A stretch of DNA of 64,000 nt from a virus. Below are positions 49,007-59,298 of this stretch, in pieces. Under the pieces are notes generated by a model, which saw nothing but the letters and a program-made list of their open reading frames with translations, ran no database searches and had not been told where the DNA came from. Positions within the stretch are counted from its first letter, which is position 1; each line of letters opens with the position of its first letter. The position numbers and the translations under genes were made by a program. The DNA lies in IMG/VR virus record IMGVR_UViG_3300025030_000011, positions 4,680 to 68,679 of that record; one strand, 5' to 3'.

Positions 49007-49823
49007 AATGAAATTAACTGATTTAGAACCGGCTTGGTTGTCCCCTGATGTATTTATTTTTAAGAACCCGACAGGTGGAAATGATTATCTTACTTGTAAA
49101 CGAGTTGTAATGTCATTTAAAGACCAATATGAATTAATCTATAAACAAAATCCTCAATATATTGGTAAATGTGTTGTTACTACAAAAGCAGATATGGCGT
49201 GGAAATTTGAAGGAAATGATTTTGATGCATTAACAGTAATGCCTAGCATAGATGCAAGTGCTAGTGGAAATTGGCATGGATTTATTACAAACGGTACTAT
49301 TATATAAAAAGGAGGTAAAGAATGTTAGAAGATGTAAAAAGGGTATTCCCAGAAATATGTATTGAGAGTGACGGTAATCCTAACACGACTTCAATAAAAG
49401 ATGATTCAGGAAATACTATTTTAAATGTAGCTTCAATAAAATGGGAAATTTCAGCAGAAAATATTGGTGAATTGACTTTGAAAATGTGCAGAAGTAATAT
49501 TAAAATAAAAGGTGTTCCAAAACTTATAAAAATGAGAAAATGGTTTAAAACACAAGAAGTATATCCAACTCATGTTGCTTCTTATCTTAATTCAGGCTGG
49601 AAAATAATATATAAAAAGGAGGTAAATTAGTGTGGTAATAAAAGTAGAATTAACAAAAAGAGTTGGGAATAGTAACAGTAACATTGATAAGAAGATAACA
49701 CAAATACATGATGTAAAAGATTGGGTTACTTTGTTGAATGCTGTATATCCTTCAATTGTAGAACATCAGCCTGATTTAATAGTATTTAAAAAATCTAAAC
49801 AGAGAGGAATTAAACACCTATGA
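49007..49823 (+). CDS. Three small hypothetical ORFs (49007-49307, 49322-49630, 49632-49823)
   Basis: Strong AGGAGG RBSs; the first has PSI...WHGFITNG. Confidence 0.55.
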
Positions 49824-50287
49824 CTAAAAAAGAAGAAGCATGTTTAGCAATGCATTGGGTAGCAACAAATGAATTAGGCGTACATGAAATTCCTGGGCCT
49901 GAATCAGAAGCACGTATTATAGAGTATGATTCACATACTACACTGAAAGCTACTTCAGATAGCACTCCTTGGTGTTCCGCATTTGCTAATTATGTAGCAG
50001 ACAGAGCAGGAGAACAATATAAATTTAAAGGTACGCATTCAGCAGCAGCAAGGTCTTGGCTTGATTGGGGTGTTGTTCTAGCTACTCCGGTCAAAGGTTG
50101 TATAGTTGTTATAGACAGGAAGGATGCAAACAATCCTAACGCCGCCCATGTATGTTTTTATGATAGTAATAACGGTAACGGTACTATAAAATGTTTGGGT
50201 GGAAATCAAAGTGATAGTGTTAAGTTTTCCAATTTCCCTACAACTAAAATAATAGCATATCGTGCGCCTAAAGTGGAGGAAGCGTGA
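49820..50287 (+). CDS. Endolysin, NlpC/P60-CHAP-like (TIGR02594-type)
   Basis: PWCSAF, ARSWL.WG, HV.F, LGGNQ. Confidence 0.85.
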   Translation: MTKKEEACLAMHWVATNELGVHEIPGPESEARIIEYDSHTTLKATSDSTPWCSAFANYVADRAGEQYKFKGTHSAAARSWLDWGVVLATPVKGCIVVIDRKDANNPNAAHVCFYDSNNGNGTIKCLGGNQSDSVKFSNFPTTKIIAYRAPKVEEA

Positions 50288-50532
50288 ACGGTAGATACTT
50301 TTGGAACAAACTTGTAGATCGGTTTCAAAGATTATGTTTAACGATAGTGAGTAAACAGTGGGTAGTTTTTGGGATAGCAACAGCATTACTTATTTATGAT
50401 TTTATAGGTGATGAAATTTGGAGCTTTCAAGCCTGTTTTATCATAGGTGCTAATGTATTCCAGAAATATAAAGGTGTAGGAGATACACCTAAAGCGTATT
50501 TAGGTGATACACAATCAAAGGAGGTTGAATAA
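50284..50532 (+). CDS. Putative holin
   Basis: Small with hydrophobic segments; overlaps the endolysin stop. Confidence 0.5.
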   Translation: MNGRYFWNKLVDRFQRLCLTIVSKQWVVFGIATALLIYDFIGDEIWSFQACFIIGANVFQKYKGVGDTPKAYLGDTQSKEVE

Positions 50533-50829
50533 ATGTTTAATGTGCAACTACCCTGGAAACAAATAGGATATGGGATGTTGATAGCATTAATAATTGGGAT
50601 TTTTTATTATTATGTATCGTATATCCCAAATAAGCTTGAAGAAGAAAGACTTAAAAATAAAGCATTACAGGAACAGGTAGAAATAGATAAAAAGACAGTC
50701 ACCCTTCAAACTGATACACAAAAAGCTAAAGAAAGGATAGATCAAGATGTTTATGCACAACTTTCAACGATACGGTTTAAACCTGTTCCTCATAGGACTG
50801 TTATTGTGCCTCATGGGGTGCGCCGATAA
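50533..50829 (+). CDS. i-spanin (Rz-like)
   Basis: N-terminal TM helix + coiled coil. Confidence 0.6.
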   Translation: MFNVQLPWKQIGYGMLIALIIGIFYYYVSYIPNKLEEERLKNKALQEQVEIDKKTVTLQTDTQKAKERIDQDVYAQLSTIRFKPVPHRTVIVPHGVRR

Positions 50830-51025
50830 GGTTTGCATAAGACCTACATTAGCGTATGAGCCTAATCCTTCTTTAATTGAAGTGGAGACAAACGATGAAG
50901 GCGGTTTAGATGAAGAAGAAGTAAAAGATATGTTAAGTAATTTGGAATTGTATCAAGGGGCTTTAGATAAATGTAACGAAACCTTACTTTTGTATAACTT
51001 CAGTATAAAAGGAGATGAACAATAA
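50747..51025 (+). CDS. o-spanin (Rz1-like lipoprotein)
   Basis: Overlaps the Rz 3' end; LLLCLMGC lipobox. Confidence 0.6.
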   Translation: MFMHNFQRYGLNLFLIGLLLCLMGCADKVCIRPTLAYEPNPSLIEVETNDEGGLDEEEVKDMLSNLELYQGALDKCNETLLLYNFSIKGDEQ

Positions 51026-51184
51026 ATGTCTAACTCTAATATGTTTAATAATGAGACTTGCGGGGATTGTAAGTTTTGTCTGGAAAAAGAATGGTGCTCT
51101 TGGTTTCGGCAGAATGTTGATTGCTTTCAAGAAAAGTGTAAAGCTTTTATAAGAAGGTAGTTAAATACATATAATTGAATATTT

Positions 51185-51218
51185 AAGCCCCTAATGCTTA
51201 CGGCATTAGGGGCTTTTT
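51185..51218 (+). terminator. Intrinsic terminator after the lysis cassette
   Basis: AAGCCCCTAATGC-TTACG-GCATTAGGGGCTT followed by Ts. Confidence 0.85.
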
Positions 51219-51342
51219 GTTTATAATCATACAAGCTTAACATAATTAATATATTTAACTAAATAAATAATTATATATTTATTTATTTATGTTTGTTATC
51301 ATTCATACATATACTAAATTTAAACGGCAAAGGAGTATGTGT

Positions 51343-51795
51343 ATGCCAAGACCGACTTTTGTAGTTACTGGAAGTATTAGCGTTACAACAACTAAAGTAG
51401 GCGCTTTTCAGATAACAACTCCCGCGACAGGTGTCCCAATTCTTTTAAATCCTACCAAACTATCTTCTTCTAAAGATAACGTAATTGTTACTTTGTTAGA
51501 AGACTATTCTTTTACAGATGCTCTTGAATCTGCTTTAACCCCTCTTGATATTAGACGCGCTGACCCTAGTGAAGCAGCAGATACAGCAGTTAAAGCGTAT
51601 GTAGATATAACGGCTGTTGCTGGAGCAGGTGCTTTAACTTTAGATAGTTATTCTTTTGCTGCTGCTTCTGATTCCGTTTCAGTTCATAATTCTTTCGTAC
51701 TCAAACCTAACACTACATATCTTCTTGCTATAACAAACAGTAACGCAAATACCGCAGTTTGCAAATATACTTTATCCTTTACTGAGGTTCATTAG
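51343..51795 (+). CDS. Hypothetical beta-rich virion-like protein
   Basis: LKPNTTYLL.ITN pattern; AGGAG RBS. Confidence 0.55.
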   Translation: MPRPTFVVTGSISVTTTKVGAFQITTPATGVPILLNPTKLSSSKDNVIVTLLEDYSFTDALESALTPLDIRRADPSEAADTAVKAYVDITAVAGAGALTLDSYSFAAASDSVSVHNSFVLKPNTTYLLAITNSNANTAVCKYTLSFTEVH

Positions 51796-51797
51796 TT

Positions 51798-52061
51798 ATG
51801 TCTGGAGATAAAGAGCTTATCCCAAGAGCTAGAACTTTAACTGAAGCGGATATGTTAGCTTTAACAGAGTTACTTAAAAACCAACATAATTGTAGATTTA
51901 ATAATGTGTCCCCAGAAGAAATGGATTTAGTAAAGGATTTATTGAATATATATAAAGAAACACGATCAGAAGTAATTAAATGGATTGTTAAAGGCATCAT
52001 GTATGCAATTTTGATTATTATTGTATTGGGCGCATATTTAAAATTTGGTGTAAAACATTAA
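51798..52061 (+). CDS. Small membrane protein
   Basis: C-terminal TM helix; H.CRF motif. Confidence 0.55.
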   Translation: MSGDKELIPRARTLTEADMLALTELLKNQHNCRFNNVSPEEMDLVKDLLNIYKETRSEVIKWIVKGIMYAILIIIVLGAYLKFGVKH

Positions 52062-52073
52062 ATTGAGGTAGTT

Positions 52074-53678
52074 ATGGTGAGGACAACAGGGATTAAATCT
52101 AATCGTATAATAACACAAGACGACACAGCTAATTTTACGATAGACCCTGTGAAAATACAAAGGTTGATGAACACACCTTTAGAAGCTTTAGATAAAGCTT
52201 TGGCAGAAAGACATTTAGCAGAGTTTATCAAACAGCATTGGATATTTATTGACCCACATGATTATGTTCACGGTTGGCACTTAGACGCAATATGCGAACA
52301 CATGGAAGCAGTTTTTGCAGGGGAAATACTAAGGTTAATGATTAACATTCCCCCGCGACATATGAAATCGTTGGGTATATCTGTTAGTTATCCTGCTTGG
52401 GTTTGGACAAAGAAACCTGAAACACAATTTATTACATTCTCTTATGCATCTACTCTCACAATTCGTGACGGTGTTAAATGTAGACGTATTATAGATAGTC
52501 CTTTGTATCAATCACGTTGGGGTCATAAATATCATCTAACAGGAGATCAAAATACTAAGATAAGATTCGATAATGATAAAGGCGGTTATCGAATCAACAC
52601 GTCTATAGATGGTGTTGGTACAGGTGAAGGTGGGGACGTTATTATCATTGACGATGCTAATAACGTAGCTGAAGCAGAATCAGAGATTACAAGGGTAGGA
52701 ACAAATATATGGTTCGATGAAACATTGCAATCACGTTTCAATGACCCCAAAACAGGGGCTTTAGTTTCAATCCAACAAAGAACACATTATGATGATCTTT
52801 CAGGTCATATAATGGATAAATATGGAAAGGATTATGTAGGTCTTATCCTTCCTGCCGAATATGAAGTAGAATCAAAAAGAAAAATGGCGTTAAGAACATT
52901 CCACGGCTGGAGAGGTGATCCTAGAACAGAAGAAGGTGAGTTACTTTGGCCGGAACGATTTGGAAAAAAAGAAATAGATAAACTTAAAATAGCTTTGGGG
53001 CCGTATGCAGCAGCAGGGCAACTCCAGCAAAGACCTTCACCGAGGGAAGGTGGGTTAATCCCTCTTACAAAGTTTCAAAGATATAGTGTAATGCCTGCGA
53101 TAGAAACTTGGAAAAGACTATCTCTTGTATTTGATACAGCGCAAAAGGAAAAAGAGTTAAACGATTATTCAGTATGTCAGGCTTGGGTTGAGACTTCACG
53201 GGGCTTATTTCTTCTATTCATTTGGCGCAAAAAGTGTCGGTATCCCGAACTAAGGCGCAATGCAAAATCGCTTTGCGAAGAATGGAAGCCCCATGAAGTT
53301 TTAATTGAAGATAAATCTTCGGGTTCTAGTTTAATACAAGATTTGCAGGAATATAAAAAGTTTCCGATTATAGGTATTGATCCTAAGAATATTGATAAGA
53401 CAATGAGGATGGAAACAGAAGCAACCGCTATTGAGGCTGGTTTAGTCTGGATTCCTGAAACAGCAGGGGTAGAGATCAACTTAGAGCATAGCGTAAAGCA
53501 ATGTCTTTGGTTGACAGATTTTGAAGAAGAATGTGCTCAGTTTCCAATGGGTCAACATGACGATCAAATAGACCCTATGAGTATGTATTTGAAACGAGTT
53601 AGAGAAAGACGCCAGAAACAACCTCCTGTAGTTGCTCCATTAATAGATGATTTTTCTGGAGAATCCCATTGGAGGTAA
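52074..53678 (+). CDS. terL: Terminase large subunit
   Basis: NIPPRHMKS, TGEGG, IIIDD, QQR, DTA, EDK.SG, HDDQID. Confidence 0.92.
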   Translation: MVRTTGIKSNRIITQDDTANFTIDPVKIQRLMNTPLEALDKALAERHLAEFIKQHWIFIDPHDYVHGWHLDAICEHMEAVFAGEILRLMINIPPRHMKSLGISVSYPAWVWTKKPETQFITFSYASTLTIRDGVKCRRIIDSPLYQSRWGHKYHLTGDQNTKIRFDNDKGGYRINTSIDGVGTGEGGDVIIIDDANNVAEAESEITRVGTNIWFDETLQSRFNDPKTGALVSIQQRTHYDDLSGHIMDKYGKDYVGLILPAEYEVESKRKMALRTFHGWRGDPRTEEGELLWPERFGKKEIDKLKIALGPYAAAGQLQQRPSPREGGLIPLTKFQRYSVMPAIETWKRLSLVFDTAQKEKELNDYSVCQAWVETSRGLFLLFIWRKKCRYPELRRNAKSLCEEWKPHEVLIEDKSSGSSLIQDLQEYKKFPIIGIDPKNIDKTMRMETEATAIEAGLVWIPETAGVEINLEHSVKQCLWLTDFEEECAQFPMGQHDDQIDPMSMYLKRVRERRQKQPPVVAPLIDDFSGESHWR

Positions 53679-53681
53679 TAA

Positions 53682-53888
53682 ATGAAATTCAGGGAAGTAC
53701 AGGTATTGAGAAATAAAACTTGGTATTTTGAACAATTTGATAATTTACTCAAAGATGATATTTTTTGTTTTGCCGATGCACCAAATAATATATTTCAAGC
53801 TACTTCTGAACCTGTACCTATAACTGACTTTGACGGTAAACATCGTGGTAATATGAGAATAGAACGAAAATGCTACTTCATGGAGTGA
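53682..53888 (+). CDS. Hypothetical protein
   Basis: GGAGG RBS; between terL and portal. Confidence 0.5.
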   Translation: MKFREVQVLRNKTWYFEQFDNLLKDDIFCFADAPNNIFQATSEPVPITDFDGKHRGNMRIERKCYFME

Positions 53889-53892
53889 TAAA

Positions 53893-55149
53893 ATGGCCCG
53901 TACAACAGGTAAAAAACCGTCTGCGAATCTTACGGAAATAGGCGGTACAGGTTTACGCGCATTCGGTGGGGTAATAGGTGAAGAATTTTTAAGACAATTA
54001 CAAGGGGCAAAGGGCTTAAAGATTTACAGAGAAATGAGTGATAATGACCCTATTATTGGTTCAATTCTTTTTATCATAGATAAGTTGTTAAGGAATGTAA
54101 CTTGGAAAGTAAACCCCACCGATGATAGCCCGGCAGCAAAAGAAGAAGCTGATTTTGTATCAAGTTGCATGATCGATATGGAACATTCATGGGAAGAATT
54201 TATAAGTGAATTACTTTCAATGCTTATATACGGTTTTTCATTGCATGAAATAGTTTATAAGATTCGTGAAGACGGAAGAGTGGGGATAGCTAAACTTCCT
54301 ATACGCGGTCAAGAAACTATTTGGAGATGGAATACAGATGGATGTATGAGGGATTTTGTTTCTATAGATCAACTCTTACCTACGGGCGGGAGTTTCACAA
54401 TACCTGCTGATAAATTGTTGTTGTTTAGAACACAAAGCTATAAAAATAATTTCCAAGGTCGTAGTATTTTACGAAATGCTTTTAGACCCTGGTACTTTAA
54501 AAAGAAACTTGAAGAGGTTGAAGCAATAGGGGCGGAAAGAGATTTAAACGGTTTCCCTGTTGCTTATGTTCCTCCAAATTTACTTTCTGCTAATGCTACT
54601 GATGAAGAAAAAGCAACACTAGCTGCAATTAAACGTATGGTTACAAATGTACGTATAGATGAACAAATGGGAATGGTATATCCTTTAGCATATGACGAAA
54701 ACAACAATCAGTTGTATAAGTTTGAACTTATGTCAACATCCGGGACAAGACAGCATGATACAAATTCTATAATTACACGTTACAGTAAAACAATGGCAAT
54801 GACAGTAGCAGCAGACTTTATATTTTTAGGTTTAGATAAGGTTGGGAGTTTTGCACTTTCGTCGGATAAGACTTCTACATTTTCTATGGCAATGGGGGCA
54901 TGGCTAAAAGCAATAGCTGCTGTATTGAATAGAAAGCTTGTCCCTAAACTAATGACGTTAAACGGTGTGCCTAAAGAATTATATCCCCAATTTGTCCCTG
55001 GGGATATTGAGAAAGAAGACATAGCTACATTTGTAGATGCAATTTACAAACTTGTTGGAGTTGGAGCATTGCAACCTGATGATGATATAGATGCAAAAGC
55101 AAGAGAGTTGCTTAATCTTCCAATTAAGATTTCTAACGGTACAATGTAA
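53893..55149 (+). CDS. Portal protein (DUF935/Mu gp29-like)
   Basis: EIG.TG, YGFS..E.VY, GRSILR...W.FK, GSFALS. Confidence 0.88.
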   Translation: MARTTGKKPSANLTEIGGTGLRAFGGVIGEEFLRQLQGAKGLKIYREMSDNDPIIGSILFIIDKLLRNVTWKVNPTDDSPAAKEEADFVSSCMIDMEHSWEEFISELLSMLIYGFSLHEIVYKIREDGRVGIAKLPIRGQETIWRWNTDGCMRDFVSIDQLLPTGGSFTIPADKLLLFRTQSYKNNFQGRSILRNAFRPWYFKKKLEEVEAIGAERDLNGFPVAYVPPNLLSANATDEEKATLAAIKRMVTNVRIDEQMGMVYPLAYDENNNQLYKFELMSTSGTRQHDTNSIITRYSKTMAMTVAADFIFLGLDKVGSFALSSDKTSTFSMAMGAWLKAIAAVLNRKLVPKLMTLNGVPKELYPQFVPGDIEKEDIATFVDAIYKLVGVGALQPDDDIDAKARELLNLPIKISNGTM

Positions 55150-56147
55150 TGGGAAAGAAGCAGGATGAACAATTAGCAGCTATGCAGCAAGCGGCTGATA
55201 GTAAAGTTCCAAAAATAAAAGCTGCTTTCATAGCTGCTGTAGTAGAAATAAGAGAGACTTTAGCAGAAGCAAAGAAGATAGAAGCGGCTTTAGCAGTGGG
55301 GGCTTTTGACGATGCTGTTTTAGCGACACGTATAGCAGAAATGGATTCGTTACTTTTTGGAATAGGTTTGGGAAACAACGCTTTTGTATTTTCAAATCAA
55401 CTTACAGAAACATTTAACCTTGGAGCAACAACGGGCATTAAACAATTACCTGAAGTAATGCAACAAGCAATCGGTTTTGATACTTTAAACAATAGAGCTA
55501 TAAATGCAATCAAACAAAATACTGGAAAAGTAATACAAGAATTAACAGGTAGTAGTAAACAAGCAGTAAGTAATTTAATACAACGTCTGTTGTCAGAGAA
55601 TATACCTCCTGCAAAGATGGGACGTGAAATAAGACAGTTAATAGGTCTAACTGATAGTCAGATGAAGGCTGTAACGAATTTTCGTCTTCAGCTTGAAACC
55701 AGAAGCATTCTAGGGTTAACCCCTCCTGAAGATAGGCGGTTGAATGCAATAGAAGCAGCACAAGTAAGACGACATATGAATCAAGGAACAATGCAACAAG
55801 ATAAAATAGATGAAATGGTGGAAAAGTATTATCAAAGATTATTGAACAAACGAGCATTAGATATAGCTAGAACAGAATCTATGCATTCGATTAATCAAGG
55901 TCAACAAGAAGCATGGATGCAAGGATTAGATCAAGGTGTTTTAGATATAAATAAAGATAGAAAATTTTGGTTAACTGCTGGAGATGAAAAAGTAAGAACA
56001 ACACACAGAGCTATACCAGCTATGAATCCTGGGGGAGTACCTATAACAAGTCCTTTTGCCACACCATTTGGATTTGTAATGTCTCCTGGGGATTATAATG
56101 TTGGACTTATCAACTGTAGATGTTCCGCAATTTTGATTTCAACGTAA
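55149..56147 (+). CDS. Mu gpF/SPP1 gp7-like minor head protein
   Basis: IARTE, W.T.GD.KVR.TH, INCRC. Confidence 0.85.
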   Translation: MGKKQDEQLAAMQQAADSKVPKIKAAFIAAVVEIRETLAEAKKIEAALAVGAFDDAVLATRIAEMDSLLFGIGLGNNAFVFSNQLTETFNLGATTGIKQLPEVMQQAIGFDTLNNRAINAIKQNTGKVIQELTGSSKQAVSNLIQRLLSENIPPAKMGREIRQLIGLTDSQMKAVTNFRLQLETRSILGLTPPEDRRLNAIEAAQVRRHMNQGTMQQDKIDEMVEKYYQRLLNKRALDIARTESMHSINQGQQEAWMQGLDQGVLDINKDRKFWLTAGDEKVRTTHRAIPAMNPGGVPITSPFATPFGFVMSPGDYNVGLINCRCSAILIST

Positions 56148-56156
56148 GGAGAATAT

Positions 56157-56564
56157 ATGACAGATAAACAGGCAATAATTTTTAAAGGAGAATTTACTGG
56201 AGAAGTAGATAAGGTAAATAAGATTGCTTACGGTTGGGCGTATGTAGCAAAAAAGGGTGATACTCAAATTGTAGATCATTCAGGAGATATTTGGGATATT
56301 AAAGAAATTGAAAAAACAGCACATGATTTTATAGCATGTCGCACTGGTGGAGAAAGTCATGTGTATAAAGGTGGTGCTGTACTTGTAGAATCCCTTGTAT
56401 TTTCTGAAGAAGTACAAAAAGCATTAGGTATTGATCTTGGGAAAATTGGTTGGTTTGTTGGATTTGAAATATTAGACGATGATTTGCTAGAAAAAGTACA
56501 GAAAGGAGAACTCTCCATGTTTTCCATAGGCGGGACTGGAGAAAAGGAGGAAATAAATGGCTAG
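56157..56564 (+). CDS. XkdF-like prohead serine protease
   Basis: D..GD, AH.F, GWFVGF, KGE..MFSIGG. Confidence 0.8.
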   Translation: MTDKQAIIFKGEFTGEVDKVNKIAYGWAYVAKKGDTQIVDHSGDIWDIKEIEKTAHDFIACRTGGESHVYKGGAVLVESLVFSEEVQKALGIDLGKIGWFVGFEILDDDLLEKVQKGELSMFSIGGTGEKEEING

Positions 56565-57594
56565 AACTACAGGAGCAAAACATAAACTTAGTAATGTGAA
56601 ATTGGATGAAATTTCATTCGTGGGTAAAGGTGATAATCCTGAAGCACATATTATCCTTCTAAAGAATCACCCAAGCATAATATTGAGCCTTGGGAAGAAC
56701 TATAAGGGTAAAGACAAAGCTGATGTGCTAAAAAAACATTTTGAAGAATCCAAGAACATACAGAAAGGCGATGGGGATGCCAAACTGTTTCAAGATATAG
56801 TTGATGATAAAGTAATCAGAGATAAGCTTTGGAATTTAGTTTGGATTTTAGAAGATTCAATTTCATCTATTTCGTATGATGATGAATGTACAAACAAACA
56901 GGAAATGATTGAACAGAGTGTTTCACAATTCAAAGACGCAGTATCACAACTAACAGGAGGTAACACCGTGACGAAAGAAGAATTGGAAAAAGCATTGGAA
57001 GTAGAAAAAGCAAAGTCTGCTGATCTTGAAAAGCAACTTGCTGATGTAAAGAAAGAAAAAGAAGATTTGGAAAAAGCTAAACCTGCACCTGGAGAAGTAT
57101 GTAAAGCGTGTGGACAGAAAATGCCGGAAGTAAAGAAAGAAGAAATTGATAAATCGGCACTTCCTGAAGCAGTAGTAAAACAGCTTGAAGAAATTGAAAA
57201 AGAAGCAAAACTCAACAAAGAAAAGATTGAAAAGTTGGAAGATGAAGCAATTACCAAAGAATGTATTGAAAAAGGTAAAACTGTTTCTGCGATTGGTAAA
57301 GCTGAAGTTGTTGGGGATATTTTTAAACAGGCAAGCAAAGTAAGTAAAGAATTTGCTGAAAGTATCTATAACATTTTCAAAACTGCGGATGCCCGTATCA
57401 AAGAAAGTGGATTGTTTAAAGAAGTTGGTGGTAGTGATGGCGGAGAAGAATTGACAGCTATTGATAGACTGAATAAAGCTGCGGAAGAACATCGTAAAGC
57501 TAACCCTACGTTGACAAAAGAACAGGCTTGGGATTTTGTATATAAGAACAATACGGAACTGCGTAAAGCGTATCAGGAAGAATCTCGCAAATAA
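56557..57594 (+). CDS. Protease-associated/scaffolding protein (nested GTG start at 56968)
   Basis: DEISFV....N.EA N-domain; coiled coil; internal AGGAGG-GTG in frame. Confidence 0.7.
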   Translation: MARTTGAKHKLSNVKLDEISFVGKGDNPEAHIILLKNHPSIILSLGKNYKGKDKADVLKKHFEESKNIQKGDGDAKLFQDIVDDKVIRDKLWNLVWILEDSISSISYDDECTNKQEMIEQSVSQFKDAVSQLTGGNTVTKEELEKALEVEKAKSADLEKQLADVKKEKEDLEKAKPAPGEVCKACGQKMPEVKKEEIDKSALPEAVVKQLEEIEKEAKLNKEKIEKLEDEAITKECIEKGKTVSAIGKAEVVGDIFKQASKVSKEFAESIYNIFKTADARIKESGLFKEVGGSDGGEELTAIDRLNKAAEEHRKANPTLTKEQAWDFVYKNNTELRKAYQEESRK

Positions 57595-57621
57595 TATAAA
57601 ACAAAAGAAAAGGAGAAGAAC

Positions 57622-58278
57622 ATGGCTTTGGAACAACCTGGATTTGAAATTGGTTTCATGGATGCGGCTGCTAGTCTTGCAACAAAACAGTATTACTGCG
57701 TAAAAGTTACTGCTGACCATGCTGTAAATATTTGTACTTCGGCTGGTGAGGATTTTCTTGGTGTACTTCAGGAAACTCCTGCTTCCGGTCAAGCTGCAAG
57801 AGTAATGAAGTCTGGTGTAACTAAAGTTGTTGTAGGTACGGGTAATCTTACTGCCGGTCAACAGTGGATGGCAGCTAGTGATGGTCGTGCTATTCCAGCA
57901 ACAGCAGGTCTTGTTGCAGCAGGTGTTTGTCTTATTGGTGCTACTGTTGGAAAACTTGCTACGGTTACTGTAGGTGAACAGACTGGTGCGGGTGGTGCGC
58001 TTGCTACAAACGGTCTTGTTTCTACTGAAGCTGGTAAGATTATGAAAATGGGTAGTATTACGGTTTCTGCTGCACAAGCTGCTGCAAACACTTGTGTTAT
58101 TGCAACAGGTCTTACTACTATTGCTTTTGCAATTGTCCAAGTTAAAGATACTGGCAATAATGTTGTAACGTCTGATGCCGATGTTACTTTTGCAAACGGT
58201 AATCTTACTGTTGCTGATGGCTCAACTTATAACACCGTTGAAAACTACATTATCACTTATACCGTTTACGGCGTTTAA
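57622..58278 (+). CDS. Capsid decoration/cement protein
   Basis: GVLQ..P..G..A.V...G..KV; precedes the MCP. Confidence 0.7.
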   Translation: MALEQPGFEIGFMDAAASLATKQYYCVKVTADHAVNICTSAGEDFLGVLQETPASGQAARVMKSGVTKVVVGTGNLTAGQQWMAASDGRAIPATAGLVAAGVCLIGATVGKLATVTVGEQTGAGGALATNGLVSTEAGKIMKMGSITVSAAQAAANTCVIATGLTTIAFAIVQVKDTGNNVVTSDADVTFANGNLTVADGSTYNTVENYIITYTVYGV

Positions 58279-58310
58279 TAACAAAACAAACATAAAGGAG
58301 AATACAACAC

Positions 58311-59279
58311 ATGCCTAATCCGACTTACCAAAGCACCCATATTGATGTAGCTTTGACGAATATGAGTGTAGCTTACAAACAGAGTGCTTCAAATTTTATT
58401 GCAGAACAGGCTTTCCCTAGTCTCCCTGTACCGAAAGAAACAGGTCTTTACTGGAAATATGAAAAAGGCGCATTCTTCCGTGACGAAGCACGTAAACGGG
58501 CACCGGCAACTGAATCTGCTGGTGGCGGGTTCAAACTTGGGACGGATAGCTATATCACATATCCTTGGGCAATTCATAAAGATGTTACACGTCAAGAACT
58601 GGAAAATGCTGATGAAGGTATTGATCCATTCAGTGATGCAACTGAATGGTGTATGCAGCAACTCCTTATTCGCCGTGAACGTCTGTTTGTAGACGCTTAT
58701 ATGAAAACTAGCGTTTGGGGAACTGATGTTGTAGGTAACACTAACTTTGCTTACTGGAATGATGAAGCAGCTAGTGACCCGGCTGAAGATTTTAAAGTAG
58801 CACGTAGAACAATACTCGCTTCTACGGCGCATAAACCCAATACGCTTATTGTTGGATATGATGTTCATGAAGCACTGAAGAAACACCCTCTTATCACAAA
58901 GAACTTCAAATATACTGGTGCAACTTCTATCACCAATCAGATGATTGCTCAGTATTTTGAACTTGATAAATATCTTGTATCTGAAGCTGTTTATGCCTCT
59001 TCGGATGAAACTCTTGATGCAACACCTACCATGAATTTCATTACTGGTAAAGATGCATTGCTTTGTTACTCGGTTCCTTCTCCTTCTCTTCTGAAACCGA
59101 CTGCTGGATATATCTTTACTTGGAGCGGTCTAACTGGTTTGAATAACGCAGGCATTCTTACTAAACGCATTCCTATGTCTCTTAAAGACGATGCAGAACG
59201 TGTTGAAAGTCAAATGAATGTGGAAATGAAGGTTGTTGCTCCTGATATGGGTTATTTCTTCTCAGGTTGCGTTTCTTAA
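58311..59279 (+). CDS. Major capsid protein
   Basis: H.D..LTN.SVAY.Q..FIA..FP, PNT, GYFF pattern; position. Confidence 0.85.
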   Translation: MPNPTYQSTHIDVALTNMSVAYKQSASNFIAEQAFPSLPVPKETGLYWKYEKGAFFRDEARKRAPATESAGGGFKLGTDSYITYPWAIHKDVTRQELENADEGIDPFSDATEWCMQQLLIRRERLFVDAYMKTSVWGTDVVGNTNFAYWNDEAASDPAEDFKVARRTILASTAHKPNTLIVGYDVHEALKKHPLITKNFKYTGATSITNQMIAQYFELDKYLVSEAVYASSDETLDATPTMNFITGKDALLCYSVPSPSLLKPTAGYIFTWSGLTGLNNAGILTKRIPMSLKDDAERVESQMNVEMKVVAPDMGYFFSGCVS

Positions 59280-59298
59280 ATAAGAAAGGAATAATACA

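Noticed and set aside
56950-58140. 396-aa minus-strand ORF and other antisense ORFs over structural and replication genes
   Set aside because: Shadow frames of well-supported genes, with no motifs
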